Assembly: GCA_964399135.1 (NCBI GenBank) | Contig: CAYNPL010000006.1 | Coordinates: 63,741-127,740 of the forward strand | Direction: 5' to 3' | Length of the DNA: 64,000 nucleotides | DNA from: an uncultured Gaiellales bacterium | Lineage (GTDB): Bacteria > Actinomycetota > Thermoleophilia > RBG-16-64-13 | Shown: positions 18,242-27,673 of the stretch, piece after piece | Position numbering within the stretch: position 1 is the stretch's first letter | Layout: each line of letters opens with the position of its first letter | Notes under the pieces: model-generated | Told to the model about the DNA's origin: nothing | Seen by the model: only the letters and a program-made list of their open reading frames with translations | The model's database searches: none | Made by a program: the position numbers and the translations under genes

Positions 18242-19012
18242 ATGGACGGCACGCGGCCACTCAAAGAGCAGGAAGAGCGCAGCATCCTCATCAACTTCGT
18301 TCTGGACAAATCCGGCTCCATGGATGCCATTCGGGACGCCACGATCACTGGGTTCAATCAGTTCCTGCGCGAGCAGCAGGAGGAAGGGGGCGCAGCGGCG
18401 CTGACCCTCACCCTGTTCGACACGTCGTTCACCAACGTGGAGCAGGCGACCCCCATCGGTCAAGCGCGTCTACTCGACCGCAGCAGCTATAGGCCCGGGG
18501 GTATGACGGCCTTGTACGATGCCATCGGCCATACCATGCGCATCACCGACGACTATGTGGCCGAGCACAAGCCCGATCAGGTGATCTTCGTGATCATGAC
18601 CGACGGGATGGAGAACTCCAGCCGGGAGTTCGACCGAGCGGCGATCCTCCGGATGATCGAGGAGCGTCAGCAGTCGGCCGGGTACGAGTTCGTCTACTTG
18701 GGGGCCAATCAGGACTCCTACGCGGTCGGTGGCAGCCTGGGCATCCGGGGCGGGCGGACGCTCGATTTCGCCGCGGCGCCGGCGCAGGCGATGGAGACCA
18801 TGCATCGGCTGTCGGTGAACGTGAAGTCGCACCGGCGGAGCGGGCACGCCCGGGCGGCCGACCAGACCTTCTTCTCACCCGAGTTCGAGGCGTTGGGCGA
18901 GCAGGACTACGAGTCGTACAAAGCCGGTCGGGCCAAAGGGCCGCAGCGTCCGAAGCCGACCGAGGCTCCCGGGGACGGGACTGCCCAAGGCCCAAGCGGA
19001 GGGGGCGCGTGA
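18242..19012 (+). CDS. vWA-domain protein
   Basis: MIDAS motif FVLDKSGSM, GMTALYDAIG, VIMTDGMENSS, FVYLGAN. Confidence 0.88.
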   Translation: MDGTRPLKEQEERSILINFVLDKSGSMDAIRDATITGFNQFLREQQEEGGAAALTLTLFDTSFTNVEQATPIGQARLLDRSSYRPGGMTALYDAIGHTMRITDDYVAEHKPDQVIFVIMTDGMENSSREFDRAAILRMIEERQQSAGYEFVYLGANQDSYAVGGSLGIRGGRTLDFAAAPAQAMETMHRLSVNVKSHRRSGHARAADQTFFSPEFEALGEQDYESYKAGRAKGPQRPKPTEAPGDGTAQGPSGGGA

Positions 19013-20018
19013 TGGAATCCGTCATCAGAACGCTTCTCGGGTCGATCCAGTTGGGCGATCCGGTCGGCGACAGAGGTCTGACCATTCTGCCCGTGCTTGG
19101 AGAGTTCACCGGCGTGCCCCCGCTCGTCACCCTGGGGGAGGCGCTCGCCGCCGGCACCTTGACCATCACCGAGGTCTCCCTGGGCGGGTCGGTACCGGAT
19201 CTGAAGGCGCGCAACACCGCGGCTGTGGGGGTGCTCATCGTCGACGGCGAGGAGCTGGCCGGAGCCAAGCAGAACCGGGTGCTCAACACCTCGGTCTACA
19301 TCGGACCGTGGCAGGAAGTCGTCATCCCGGTCAGCTGCACCGAGCACGGCCGCTGGAGCTACCAGTCGACCGCGTTCTCCGATTCGGGCCACCTTTCGGC
19401 GGTGGCGGTGCGGATGGCCGCCCATGACTCGGTCACCCGCAGCGCCCGTCGGGGCGGCGGCTTCCGGTCCGACCAGGGCCGGGTGTGGGAGGAGGTGGCC
19501 TTGTTGCAGGAACGGCATCGCGTGGCCTCCCCCACCGCGGCCGCGCGGGATGTCTATGAGGCTCGTGATGAGACGGTGCGGCGGCGGGAGACGGCCTTCA
19601 CCCGGGTGCCCGGCCAGCTGGGACTGCTCGCCTTGTGGAGCGGCCGGGTGGTCGGACTCGACGTGCTGGGGACCTCCGCCGCCTATGCCCGGCTGCACGA
19701 GCGCTTCGTGCGTTCCTACGCGCTGGATGCGCCCGGGGGCGGCCCGGCCTCGGTCGAGGCCGACCGCCGCACCGCCAAAGAGTGGCTGGCGGGGTTGGCC
19801 GGGTCCACCGTCACCGTGCACGAGTCGCCGGGCAAGGGGTGGCCTACCGCTTCACCGGCTCGAGAGCGGTGGGATCGCTGCTGGCGGTGGATGGGGCGAT
19901 CCTGCATGCTGTCGCTTTCGCCACCGAGGCGCAGGCCCAGGGCCGGTTCCGGGAGCCACGATCCCCGGAGCAGCGTTATCCCGGCTACTTCGAGCGCCGG
20001 GACCGCTTCCCCTGGTAG
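19009..20018 (+). CDS. ARPP-1 family (DUF6569) protein with a one-base frameshift near the 3' end
   Basis: SVPDL...N...LIVDGEELAGAKQNRVLN, IPVSCTEHGRW, S.QGRVW. The family-like C-terminus (GVAYRFTG..AVGSLLAVDGAILHAVAF) continues in another frame after the G-run at 19836-19839 and stops at 20018. Confidence 0.8.
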
Positions 20019-20242
20019 GGCCAGGGGTCTGGGCGGCCCAGGACCCGGGGGCTCGTGAGGCCGCCCGGGCCCTGGGCCGTGAGCGCCAACTCCCTACCAA
20101 GGTCCGAGTCGGTTCGACCGTCATCGGCGATACGCGGGAGGCCTCCGGAGGCTCCACGGGCGAGAACGCCCGGCGTCCCCGGAGGCCGGCGATTCGACGG
20201 GGGTGACGTGGTTGACGGCGGAAGGCCCGGGCCGTATATTGG

Positions 20243-20265
20243 AACCAATATGGTTACCAAATGGT
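20243..20265. promoter_or_regulatory. Antitoxin operator-like palindromes upstream of the Arc/FitA gene
   Basis: AACCA-ATA-TGGTT followed by ACCA-AA-TGGT, just after a TATATT -10-like hexamer (20235-20240). Confidence 0.6.
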
Positions 20266-20276
20266 TGGAGCCGGCC

Positions 20277-20525
20277 ATGCCCACTACACTCACCCTCAAG
20301 AACATCCCAGACGACGTGTATGAGCGGCTGAAGACGGCGGCCAAAGCCCACCGCCGCAGCCTCAACAGCGAGGCGATCGTCTGTCTGGAGGCCGCGCTGA
20401 TGCCCGCACAGCGGATAACTGTCGAGCAGCGGATCGAGAAGATCCGACGCCTGCGCGAGAGCCTACCCGGAGGGGGCTTCAGCCGCGAAGATATCGACGC
20501 CTTCATAGAGGAGGGTCGCCCGTGA
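20277..20525 (+). CDS. Arc/FitA-like ribbon-helix-helix antitoxin
   Basis: LTLKNIPDDVYERLKTAAKAHRRSLNSEAIVCLE. Confidence 0.88.
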   Translation: MPTTLTLKNIPDDVYERLKTAAKAHRRSLNSEAIVCLEAALMPAQRITVEQRIEKIRRLRESLPGGGFSREDIDAFIEEGRP

Positions 20526-20917
20526 TCGTGGTCGACTCCAACATCGTCGCCTATCTCTGCCTTGGACGTGAGTACGGAGCAGCCGCGGCAGCGCTCTTAA
20601 AGAGGGATAGCGAATGGGCGGCTCCCGTCCTCTGGCGGAGCGAAGTGCAAAACGCGATGGCGGGGCATCTGAGACGGGGGGAATTGAAGCCGGCGGAGGC
20701 GAGAGAGCTGATGGCCGAGGTGGAAGATCTTATGAAAGACAACGAATACCAGGTCAACTCCAGTAGCGTCCTTGACCTCGTCCAGGAGTCCGATTGCTCT
20801 GCCTACGACTGCGAGTACGTGGCGCTCGCGATGGCCCTGAGGACCAAGCTGGTCACCATGGACGCACAGATCCTGCGGGCGTTTCCGACAGTAGCCGTTC
20901 CGCTATCCTCTCACTGA
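20522..20917 (+). CDS. vapC: PIN-domain toxin (VapC/FitB family)
   Basis: MIVVDSNIV, WRSEV.N, SAYDCEYVALA, LVTMD; GTGA overlap with the antitoxin gene. Confidence 0.9.
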   Translation: MIVVDSNIVAYLCLGREYGAAAAALLKRDSEWAAPVLWRSEVQNAMAGHLRRGELKPAEARELMAEVEDLMKDNEYQVNSSSVLDLVQESDCSAYDCEYVALAMALRTKLVTMDAQILRAFPTVAVPLSSH

Positions 20918-20979
20918 GGTCGCCCGCCTCGAGTCTTTGGGAGCGACTGCGCCGACCCTACGAGCCTGAAGGAGCTGTC

Positions 20980-22128
20980 ATGTCAACACCCGGGCCGCTC
21001 AGCGGCATCACCGTCGTGGATCTCAGCCGGGTGTTGGCCGGCCCCTACTGCACCATGGTGCTGGCCGACCTGGGGGCACGGGTCATCAAGGTCGAGGCTC
21101 GCGGCGGCGGTGACGACTCCCGCCACTACGGTCCGTTCGTCAAGGGCCGGTCGGCCTACTTCATGTCCCTCAACCGGGGCAAGGAGAGCATCGCCCTTGA
21201 TCTCAAGGCCGAGGGGGATCGGGCGGTGTTCGAGGAGCTGCTCGAGCGGGCCGACGTGCTGGTGGAGAACTTCCGGGCCGGCACCATGGACCGGCTGGGC
21301 TTGGGCTGGGACGCACTGCATGAACGCCATCCTCGCCTGATCTACGCGGCGGTCTCTGGGTTCGGCCGTACCGGCCCCTATTACACCCGTCCCGCCTACG
21401 ACATCATCGTGCAGGCCATGGGCGGGATCATGAGTCTCACCGGGCAGCCGGGCGCGCCCCCCGCCCGGGTGGGGGCATCCATCGGTGACATTGTGGCGGC
21501 GCTCTTCCTGGCGACGGGCATCAACGCCGCCCTCTACCACCGGGAGCGGACCGGCGAGGGCACCCTCATCGACGTGGCCATGCTGGACGCTCAGGTGGCC
21601 ATCCTCGAGAACGCCATCGCCCGCTACACCGCCACAGGCGCGGTGCCGGGGCCGCTCGGAGCCCGCCATCCGTCGATCACCCCGTTCGACGCCTTCGCCG
21701 CCGCCGACGGCTACCTGGTCATCGCCGCCGGTAACGACCAGCTCTTCGGGCGGCTGTGCGCGGTGCTCGACCGGAACGACCTGGCCTCCAACCCCCTCTT
21801 CGCCAGCAACGACCTGCGCACGCAGCACCAGGCGGCGCTCAAGGACGAGCTGGAGTCGGCCCTGCGGCTGCGCCCGGTGGGCCACTGGCTGCAGGTGTTC
21901 GAACAGGCCGGCATCCCCTGCGGCCCCATCAACACCGTGGATCAGGTCTTGGCCGACCCGCAGGTGCTGGCCCGCAACATGGTGGTGACGACCGAGGACC
22001 CGAGGGCGGGGCGGCTGACCACGGCGGGAAACCCCATCAAGTTCTCGGCGTTCCCCGACCCGGTCACCCGTCCCCCGGCTTCAGAGCTCGACGGCGACCG
22101 GGAGCGGATCCTGAGGAGTCTGGGGTAG
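20980..22128 (+). CDS. Family III (CaiB/BaiF) CoA-transferase
   Basis: PLSGITVVDLSRVLAGPYC, LNRGKESIALDLK, DVLVENFR, GASIGDIVAA (catalytic Asp). Confidence 0.93.
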   Translation: MSTPGPLSGITVVDLSRVLAGPYCTMVLADLGARVIKVEARGGGDDSRHYGPFVKGRSAYFMSLNRGKESIALDLKAEGDRAVFEELLERADVLVENFRAGTMDRLGLGWDALHERHPRLIYAAVSGFGRTGPYYTRPAYDIIVQAMGGIMSLTGQPGAPPARVGASIGDIVAALFLATGINAALYHRERTGEGTLIDVAMLDAQVAILENAIARYTATGAVPGPLGARHPSITPFDAFAAADGYLVIAAGNDQLFGRLCAVLDRNDLASNPLFASNDLRTQHQAALKDELESALRLRPVGHWLQVFEQAGIPCGPINTVDQVLADPQVLARNMVVTTEDPRAGRLTTAGNPIKFSAFPDPVTRPPASELDGDRERILRSLG

Positions 22129-22244
22129 GAGCGTGCTTCGGGGCGCCGAGGCGTGTACGCCGACCTGGTGCGTAGCGCGGCTCCGCGACTCACTCCAACG
22201 AAGGTCTTATACGCACCTGCTGCGGGAGAGCTTAGTCTTCCTCC

Positions 22245-22505
22245 ATGGAACGCGGGTCGATCACATTCAGTATTCACGCCCTGGATGTCCTTCACGAGCG
22301 AGCGATCGATCCCAGTTGGGTGGAGCGCGCGGTGGCCGACCCCGATCTCGTGCTCCGCGATGTGGCCGATCCTCAGGTAGTGCACGCTCTCGCCGTGATC
22401 CCTGAGCGGGAAGGCCGAGTTCTACGGGTCGTCTATAATGCAGAAGGTGCTTCCGCGCATGTAGTTACCGCGTTCTTTGATCGTTCCATGAGGGGGAAGC
22501 TATGA
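22245..22505 (+). CDS. DUF4258-like protein (putative toxin)
   Basis: FSIHA.D...ER.I, GRVLRVVYN, VVTAFFDR. Confidence 0.75.
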   Translation: MERGSITFSIHALDVLHERAIDPSWVERAVADPDLVLRDVADPQVVHALAVIPEREGRVLRVVYNAEGASAHVVTAFFDRSMRGKL

Positions 22506-22702
22506 GGGTCCGATTCGACCAACAGGCCGATGCCCTCTATCTGCGCCTCGACGAGTCCACCATCGTCGAGTCTGAGGAAGTCCGGCCGGGTGTTGTACTC
22601 GATCTCGACGAACGGGGTGAGGTCGTTGGTATTGAGATCCTGCGGGTCGCCCGGCGTCTACCCGAGGCCGAACTCAAGCATTTGGAGTTCGACCTGGTCT
22701 AG
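22502..22702 (+). CDS. DUF2283 domain protein (putative antitoxin)
   Basis: FDQQADALYLRL..IVESEEV..GVVLDLD..GEVVGIEIL; ATGA overlap. Confidence 0.85.
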   Translation: MRVRFDQQADALYLRLDESTIVESEEVRPGVVLDLDERGEVVGIEILRVARRLPEAELKHLEFDLV

Positions 22703-22704
22703 TC

Positions 22705-23721
22705 CTAACGACCCGGGTGGTCGCCTGTGTCGCTGCGGCCGGCGCCGACGATGTCGCAGATGCCGGCGCACTCGCCGCCTTCGGTCTCGAGCTCCAGGGT
22801 GGCGTGATTGACCGCGAACTCCCGGGCCAGCATGTCTTTGAGACCGGCCGTGATGGTCCCGGTCTGGGAGAGGGCGGTGTCCGCCACGACCACATGGGCG
22901 GACAGGGCCAGGTCGCTGGAGGAGATCGACCACACGTGTAGGTCGTGGATGCCTTTCACCCCCGGAACGGCCAGCATGTCCCGCTCCAGAGCGGCCAACT
23001 CGATGGTCTCCGGAGTCCCCTCCATGAGCACGTTCACCGCCCGGCGGATGATGAGGACGGCTTCCCGCCCGATCCAGAGCGACACTAGTATCGACACGAT
23101 GGCGTCGGCGTAGTCCCAGCCCCAGAGGTAGACGATCAGACCGCTCAGCATGACCCCGAAGCTGGTGGCGGCGTCACCCACCAAGTGGAGGAAGGCGCTG
23201 CGGAGATTGAGGTCGTGCCCGTGGGAGCGCAGGAGCACCGCGGCGAAGGTGTTGATGACCAGGCCGGCCGCGGCGAAGCCAACCACCCAGAGGCCGTCGA
23301 CCGCCTGCGGCTCCAGGAGACGCCGCACCGCCTCCACGATGATGTACAGCGAAATGGCTGCCAGCACGACTGAGTTGAAGAGGGCCACCAGGATCTCCGC
23401 CCTCTTGTGGGCAAAGGTGCGGGTGGCGGTGGCGGGCCGCCGGCCCAGGCGGACCGCCCACAGACTCAAGCCGAGGGCGACCACGTCGCTGAGGTTGTGG
23501 GCGGCGTCGGAGAGCAGACCCAGGCTGTTGGCGATGATGCCGCCGATCACCTGCATGAGGGTGATCAGCAGATTGAGGACCAGGCTGAGGATCAGGCGGG
23601 CGTCGGGGGCGGCGCCTATGATCGGGGGACGGCCGCGGTCGTGATGATCGTGGCCGCCGGGGGTTCTCTTCGCGTCGAACCGCCCTGCTTCATGCGACCG
23701 GTCCGCAGCCGGGTGGCTCAT
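22705..23721 (-). CDS. Cation diffusion facilitator (CzcD/ZitB-like) metal exporter
   Basis: SLGLLSDAAHNLSD, FLHLVGD, HDLHVWSI; His-rich N-terminus; ATG 23721 overlaps the upstream stop. Confidence 0.92.
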   Translation of the reverse strand: MSHPAADRSHEAGRFDAKRTPGGHDHHDRGRPPIIGAAPDARLILSLVLNLLITLMQVIGGIIANSLGLLSDAAHNLSDVVALGLSLWAVRLGRRPATATRTFAHKRAEILVALFNSVVLAAISLYIIVEAVRRLLEPQAVDGLWVVGFAAAGLVINTFAAVLLRSHGHDLNLRSAFLHLVGDAATSFGVMLSGLIVYLWGWDYADAIVSILVSLWIGREAVLIIRRAVNVLMEGTPETIELAALERDMLAVPGVKGIHDLHVWSISSSDLALSAHVVVADTALSQTGTITAGLKDMLAREFAVNHATLELETEGGECAGICDIVGAGRSDTGDHPGR

Positions 23722-24689
23722 GCCACGGTGATCTCGTCGCCCACCCTGACCGTGCGGCAGCGCTCGCCCAGAGTGCGGTTGAAAAGGTCGAGGCTCCAGT
23801 CGCAGATGTCGTGACCGGAAACGCCCACTACCCCTAGGTCGAGACCGGCGAGCAGCGCCGCCGCCTCCCGGGTCTCGTCGCGGGTGATGCGCTGCCAAGG
23901 CAGCTTGCCGTTGCCGATGATGTTCTGGCCGCCCTTGCCCACCCGGGAGCCCGTGACTGGGAAGTGCAGCCCGCCGACCACGCCGTAGAGGGGAAGGCCG
24001 GTGACTGCCTGAGCCCGAGCCACCAGCCGGCTCACAGTGGGATGGCCGCAGCCGACGATCATCACCACGCCTTTGCCTTCGACGTTCACGAGGAGAGCGT
24101 GTTCGGCTATCGTGCCCATCAGCCAGATGGCCCGCTTGATGGGTCCCGTGCTGGCGATGCCGGCGGCCAGGCGGCGCGGCGCCGTCACCACCTGCACCTG
24201 GGCGGTGGGGTGGGTCATGGAGGTGGGAACGTAGGCCGGGATGCCGGACAGATCGACCGGCTCGGCCGACAGCGAGAAGTAGGCCCGGTCCATCTGCTCC
24301 ACTCCCCCGACATGGTCGAGATGGAGGTGGGAGATGAAGACGGCGTCTAGGTCGGCCGGCGAGACGCCCAGAGCCTCCATGTTCCTGAGCAGCGGCGAAG
24401 GATGCTCCCGGCGCACGTTGCGCCCTACATCGAAGAGGATGGTCTTGTCGCCGGCCTTCACCAGGTACGACACGCCCGGTTCGGTCGCCAGGCCCTCGCG
24501 GGCGGCGTAGAACTCCACCAGGGGCAAGATCGACAGATGGGAGACGGCCCCCAGATCCACCAGCGGCTCCACCTGCGTGTCGGCCCATTCCCGGTCGGCC
24601 TCGTGCCGCTCGCGTAGGAAGGCCTTGGTGGCCCTGGGCTTGGTGATGCCGGCGCAGGCCCAGTAGACCGCCCAGCCCTTGTCATTCAT
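23718..24689 (-). CDS. MBL-fold metallo-hydrolase (MJ0448-like)
   Basis: ILFDVG, FISHLHLDHVGG, IVGCGHP, VVGGLH, SGHDIC. Confidence 0.85.
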   Translation of the reverse strand: MNDKGWAVYWACAGITKPRATKAFLRERHEADREWADTQVEPLVDLGAVSHLSILPLVEFYAAREGLATEPGVSYLVKAGDKTILFDVGRNVRREHPSPLLRNMEALGVSPADLDAVFISHLHLDHVGGVEQMDRAYFSLSAEPVDLSGIPAYVPTSMTHPTAQVQVVTAPRRLAAGIASTGPIKRAIWLMGTIAEHALLVNVEGKGVVMIVGCGHPTVSRLVARAQAVTGLPLYGVVGGLHFPVTGSRVGKGGQNIIGNGKLPWQRITRDETREAAALLAGLDLGVVGVSGHDICDWSLDLFNRTLGERCRTVRVGDEITVA

Positions 24690-25185
24690 CCGAGTGACCT
24701 CCTCCTTGCCGGCGTCGCTCGGCGAAGAACTCGCTCAGCAGCCGCGACGCTTCGATGGCCATGACCCCCGCCCGCACCTCCGGTTGATGGTTGAGGGCGG
24801 GATGGTCGACGATGTTGAAGATGGTCCCCGCCGCTCCGGCTTTGGGGTCGTCGGCACCGTAGACCAGCCGCTTGATCCGCGCCAGCACGATGGCCCCCGC
24901 GCACATGGCGCACGGTTCCAGGGTCACGTAGAGGGTGGCCTCGGGCAGTCTCCATCCGCCGACGATGGCGGCCCCATCACGGAGGACCAGCATCTCGGCG
25001 TGGGCGGTGGGGTCGTGCCGACGCTCCCGCTCGTTGCCGCGGGAGGAGACCACCTCGCCGCCGATCACCAGGACGGCGCCGATGGGCACCTCACCCTGGG
25101 CTGCCGCCCGCTTGGCCTCTTGGATGGCCAGGGCCATGTAGCCGCGGTCGTCCGCGTGGAACTCGGCATAGTGGGAACGGGTCAA
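24682..25185 (-). CDS. tadA: tRNA adenosine(34) deaminase (start TTG 25185 or ATG 25137)
   Basis: GEVPIGAV, DPTAHAEM, TLEPCAMCAGAIVLARI, YGADDPKAGA. Confidence 0.92.
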   Translation of the reverse strand: MTRSHYAEFHADDRGYMALAIQEAKRAAAQGEVPIGAVLVIGGEVVSSRGNERERRHDPTAHAEMLVLRDGAAIVGGWRLPEATLYVTLEPCAMCAGAIVLARIKRLVYGADDPKAGAAGTIFNIVDHPALNHQPEVRAGVMAIEASRLLSEFFAERRRQGGGHSDE

Positions 25186-25463
25186 GCCGCTTCGAGCCCC
25201 TCGTCGGCCGAGGTGGACCTGCGCGTGCACCACTGCACAGAGAGGAGGCTCTCTTTGCGGCCTATGGTGAAGTAGGCCAGCGGACCGATCCAGTTGATGA
25301 ACACGACACCGGCCCAGATGCGCCGGTCGCCGCGTACCTCGTCGGCCGAACGATGGGCCAGGTCCCACAGAGCGGCGGCCAGCAGGCCGAACTGCAGAGC
25401 CCCGCCGATGATCACACCGACCTTCTGACCGTCTGAAAGATCAGACCAGCTCCTCTTGGGCAT
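25182..25463 (-). CDS. PLDc_N (phospholipase D nuclease N-terminal) small membrane protein
   Basis: LAAALWDL..R....VRG.RRIW..V.FINWIGPLAYF..GR. Confidence 0.8.
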   Translation of the reverse strand: MPKRSWSDLSDGQKVGVIIGGALQFGLLAAALWDLAHRSADEVRGDRRIWAGVVFINWIGPLAYFTIGRKESLLSVQWCTRRSTSADEGLEAA

Positions 25464-25737
25464 GACGCCTCCCATCCGTCGCGCCGCCTCGACGATCCGG
25501 CGGTCTGCTTCCATGATACCCCGAGTCCAACCGCCGCAGTTCGCTGCAGGTGCCGTCGGCGTAGTAGATGCGCAGGCTGCGCACTACGTCGTCGTGGATG
25601 TCGAGATGGATGGCGGCGACGCCGTCCTGCGGTGTGCCGAACTCGATCTCCTGCCTGGTGGCCGAGAACTTGCGGAACACAACGTAGGCGACCGGGAGCA
25701 TGAGTGCGATGAATGCCACGACAGCCGGTATGGTCAT
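25441..25737 (-). CDS. Hypothetical protein with an N-terminal TM helix
   Basis: ATG 25737 with GGAGGGG RBS; no family recognised. Confidence 0.4.
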   Translation of the reverse strand: MTIPAVVAFIALMLPVAYVVFRKFSATRQEIEFGTPQDGVAAIHLDIHDDVVRSLRIYYADGTCSELRRLDSGYHGSRPPDRRGGATDGRRHAQEELV

Positions 25738-25832
25738 GAGACCCCTCCGAAGAAGCGGTTGACTCTGGGGTAGAGGATAGCGACGGCGGCGGACAGGAAG
25801 GTGCGTCGAAGGCCGGCGCTCATGTCGCGTGC

Positions 25833-25861
25833 TTGACACGGCACCGTAGTGAGTGTTCACT
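25833..25861 (+). promoter_or_regulatory. TTGACA -35 element followed by an AGTGA-N4-TCACT operator-like palindrome upstream of the CocE/NonD gene
   Basis: TTGACA at 25833-25838; AGTGAGTGTTCACT at 25848-25861. Confidence 0.45.
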
Positions 25862-25944
25862 TTGTGCGGCGGCCCGCGTCCGGGCGCGGCCGCCACCCCG
25901 CCAGGTCAAGCCCAGTCCCGGCCAACCGCACCAGGAGGAAGCGC

Positions 25945-27663
25945 ATGTTCACCGAGATCCTAGTCCCCGAGGTCATGGAGTCGATGATCCCCGCGGGCTT
26001 TCCCTTCGATAAGCTGAGTCAGCCCCACTACAAGGTCACGGTGGAGAAGGACGTCTTCATCGAGATGCGGGACGGGGTGCACGTGGCGGTGGACATCTAC
26101 CGGCCCGATGCCCCCGGGCGGTTCCCTGTGCTCTACGCCTCGTCGCCCTACCAGAAGGACCTGTACTACCTGCCCGCGGTGCCGTCCTTCCACATGCGCG
26201 AGACCAACAAGATCGAGTGGTTCGTCGAGCGCGGCTACGTCTACATCAACCACGACATCCGGGGCAGCGGCAAGTCGGTGGAGGGCCAGTGGCAGTGGCA
26301 CAGCATGCCCGAGCGCTGGGACCACTACGACGTCATCGAGTGGGCGGCCGCTCAGCCCTGGTCCACCGGCAAGGTGGGGATGATCGGCGAGTCCTACTAC
26401 GCCTGGACCCAGTGGATGGCCGCCTCCCTGGCCCCGCCCCACCTGGCCTGCATCGTCCCCTTCGACGGCGGCGCCGACATGTATCGCGACGTGGCCTACC
26501 ACGGGGGCATCCTCGCCAGCGGCTTTCCGGGCAACTGGCACATCACCGAGATCCGCGGCCACTACCGGGTGGGCCGCAAGGGCGAGGACCCCACCCAGGG
26601 CGACTGGGACCTGGCCTGGAACGTCCTCAACCATCAGACCTACGACGAGTTCTGGGAAGACCGCAACCCCGACTTCAAGAACATCAAGTGCCCGGTCTTC
26701 TCCATAGGCATCCTGCACAAGGTGGGCATCCACCTACGCGGCAACCTGCGCGGCTACGAAGAGGTGGAGACCCCCAAGAAGCTCATGCTCTGTCACGGCG
26801 ACTTCGAGGGCGACGAGGTGGCCATCTTCGAGTCCATCGAGATGCGCAACTGGTTGCTCCGCTGGTACGACCACTGGCTCAAGGGCAACGACACCGGGAT
26901 GATGGACGAGCCAGCGCTCAACATCTTCGTGCGCGGCCGTGAGCGCTACCGGCGCGAGCCGGAGTGGCCCCTGGCGCGGACGCAGTACACCAAGCTCTTT
27001 CTTTCGGGGGCTGAATCCGGAGCGGTTGTCTCTCTCAACGACGGCAGTCTCACCTGGGAGCCGCCCACCGCCGCCGAGGCGTGCGTCACCTACTCCTATC
27101 CCGACCCCGACTGGACCGGCTTCTCGGGGGTGGGCACCGCCGTGATGGAACGGGGGATCCTCAACCCCTGCAAGAAGATCCTCACTTTCACCACGCCTCC
27201 GTTCGAGAAAGACACCGAGGTCATCGGCAACATCGTCCTGGTCCTCTACGCCTCGTCCGACCAGCCCGACACCGAATTCCTCTGCCGTATCTGGGACCAG
27301 CTCCCCGATGCGCAGCAGGCGCCGGGCATGCCGCCGGCGGGACGGATCCTCACCCGGGGCTGGCTGAAGGCTTCCCACGCGGTCACCAAGGACGAGACCA
27401 GGAGTCTGCCGTATCGCCCCTACTACCGCCACGACAGGCCGCAGCCGATCGAGCCGGGCAAGGTGTACAAGTACGAGATCGAGATCTGGGGGACCTCGGC
27501 CTGTTTCCTTAAGGGGCATCGCCTGCGCCTCGATCTGGCCAACGGCGACTCCAACGCCCTCGACTTCGGCGGCCACTACTACGGCCTCAAGGTGGGCAGC
27601 GACACCATCTACTTCGATAGGGAGCGTCCGTCACACTTGATCCTGCCGGTGATCCCCGACTAG
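25945..27663 (+). CDS. CocE/NonD family serine hydrolase
   Basis: MRDGVHVAVDIYRP, DIRGSGKS.G, GMIGESYYA nucleophile elbow, HRLRLDL; AGGAGG RBS. Confidence 0.92.
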   Translation: MFTEILVPEVMESMIPAGFPFDKLSQPHYKVTVEKDVFIEMRDGVHVAVDIYRPDAPGRFPVLYASSPYQKDLYYLPAVPSFHMRETNKIEWFVERGYVYINHDIRGSGKSVEGQWQWHSMPERWDHYDVIEWAAAQPWSTGKVGMIGESYYAWTQWMAASLAPPHLACIVPFDGGADMYRDVAYHGGILASGFPGNWHITEIRGHYRVGRKGEDPTQGDWDLAWNVLNHQTYDEFWEDRNPDFKNIKCPVFSIGILHKVGIHLRGNLRGYEEVETPKKLMLCHGDFEGDEVAIFESIEMRNWLLRWYDHWLKGNDTGMMDEPALNIFVRGRERYRREPEWPLARTQYTKLFLSGAESGAVVSLNDGSLTWEPPTAAEACVTYSYPDPDWTGFSGVGTAVMERGILNPCKKILTFTTPPFEKDTEVIGNIVLVLYASSDQPDTEFLCRIWDQLPDAQQAPGMPPAGRILTRGWLKASHAVTKDETRSLPYRPYYRHDRPQPIEPGKVYKYEIEIWGTSACFLKGHRLRLDLANGDSNALDFGGHYYGLKVGSDTIYFDRERPSHLILPVIPD

Positions 27664-27673
27664 CGGGCCGGAT

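Noticed and set aside
16677-23000. Integrated genomic island or prophage at tRNA-Ser(CGA)
   Set aside because: No integrase, transposase or phage genes and no duplicated tRNA 3' end were found; the accessory genes lie on the tRNA's 5' side.
23722-24588. N-terminal extension of the 627-aa CDF ORF
   Set aside because: It is an off-frame overlap of the MBL gene; the CDF has a coupled ATG at 23721.
25862-25940. Riboswitch or SRP RNA upstream of the CocE/NonD gene
   Set aside because: A GC hairpin is present, but no conserved riboswitch or SRP motif is recognisable; an Infernal/Rfam scan would settle it.
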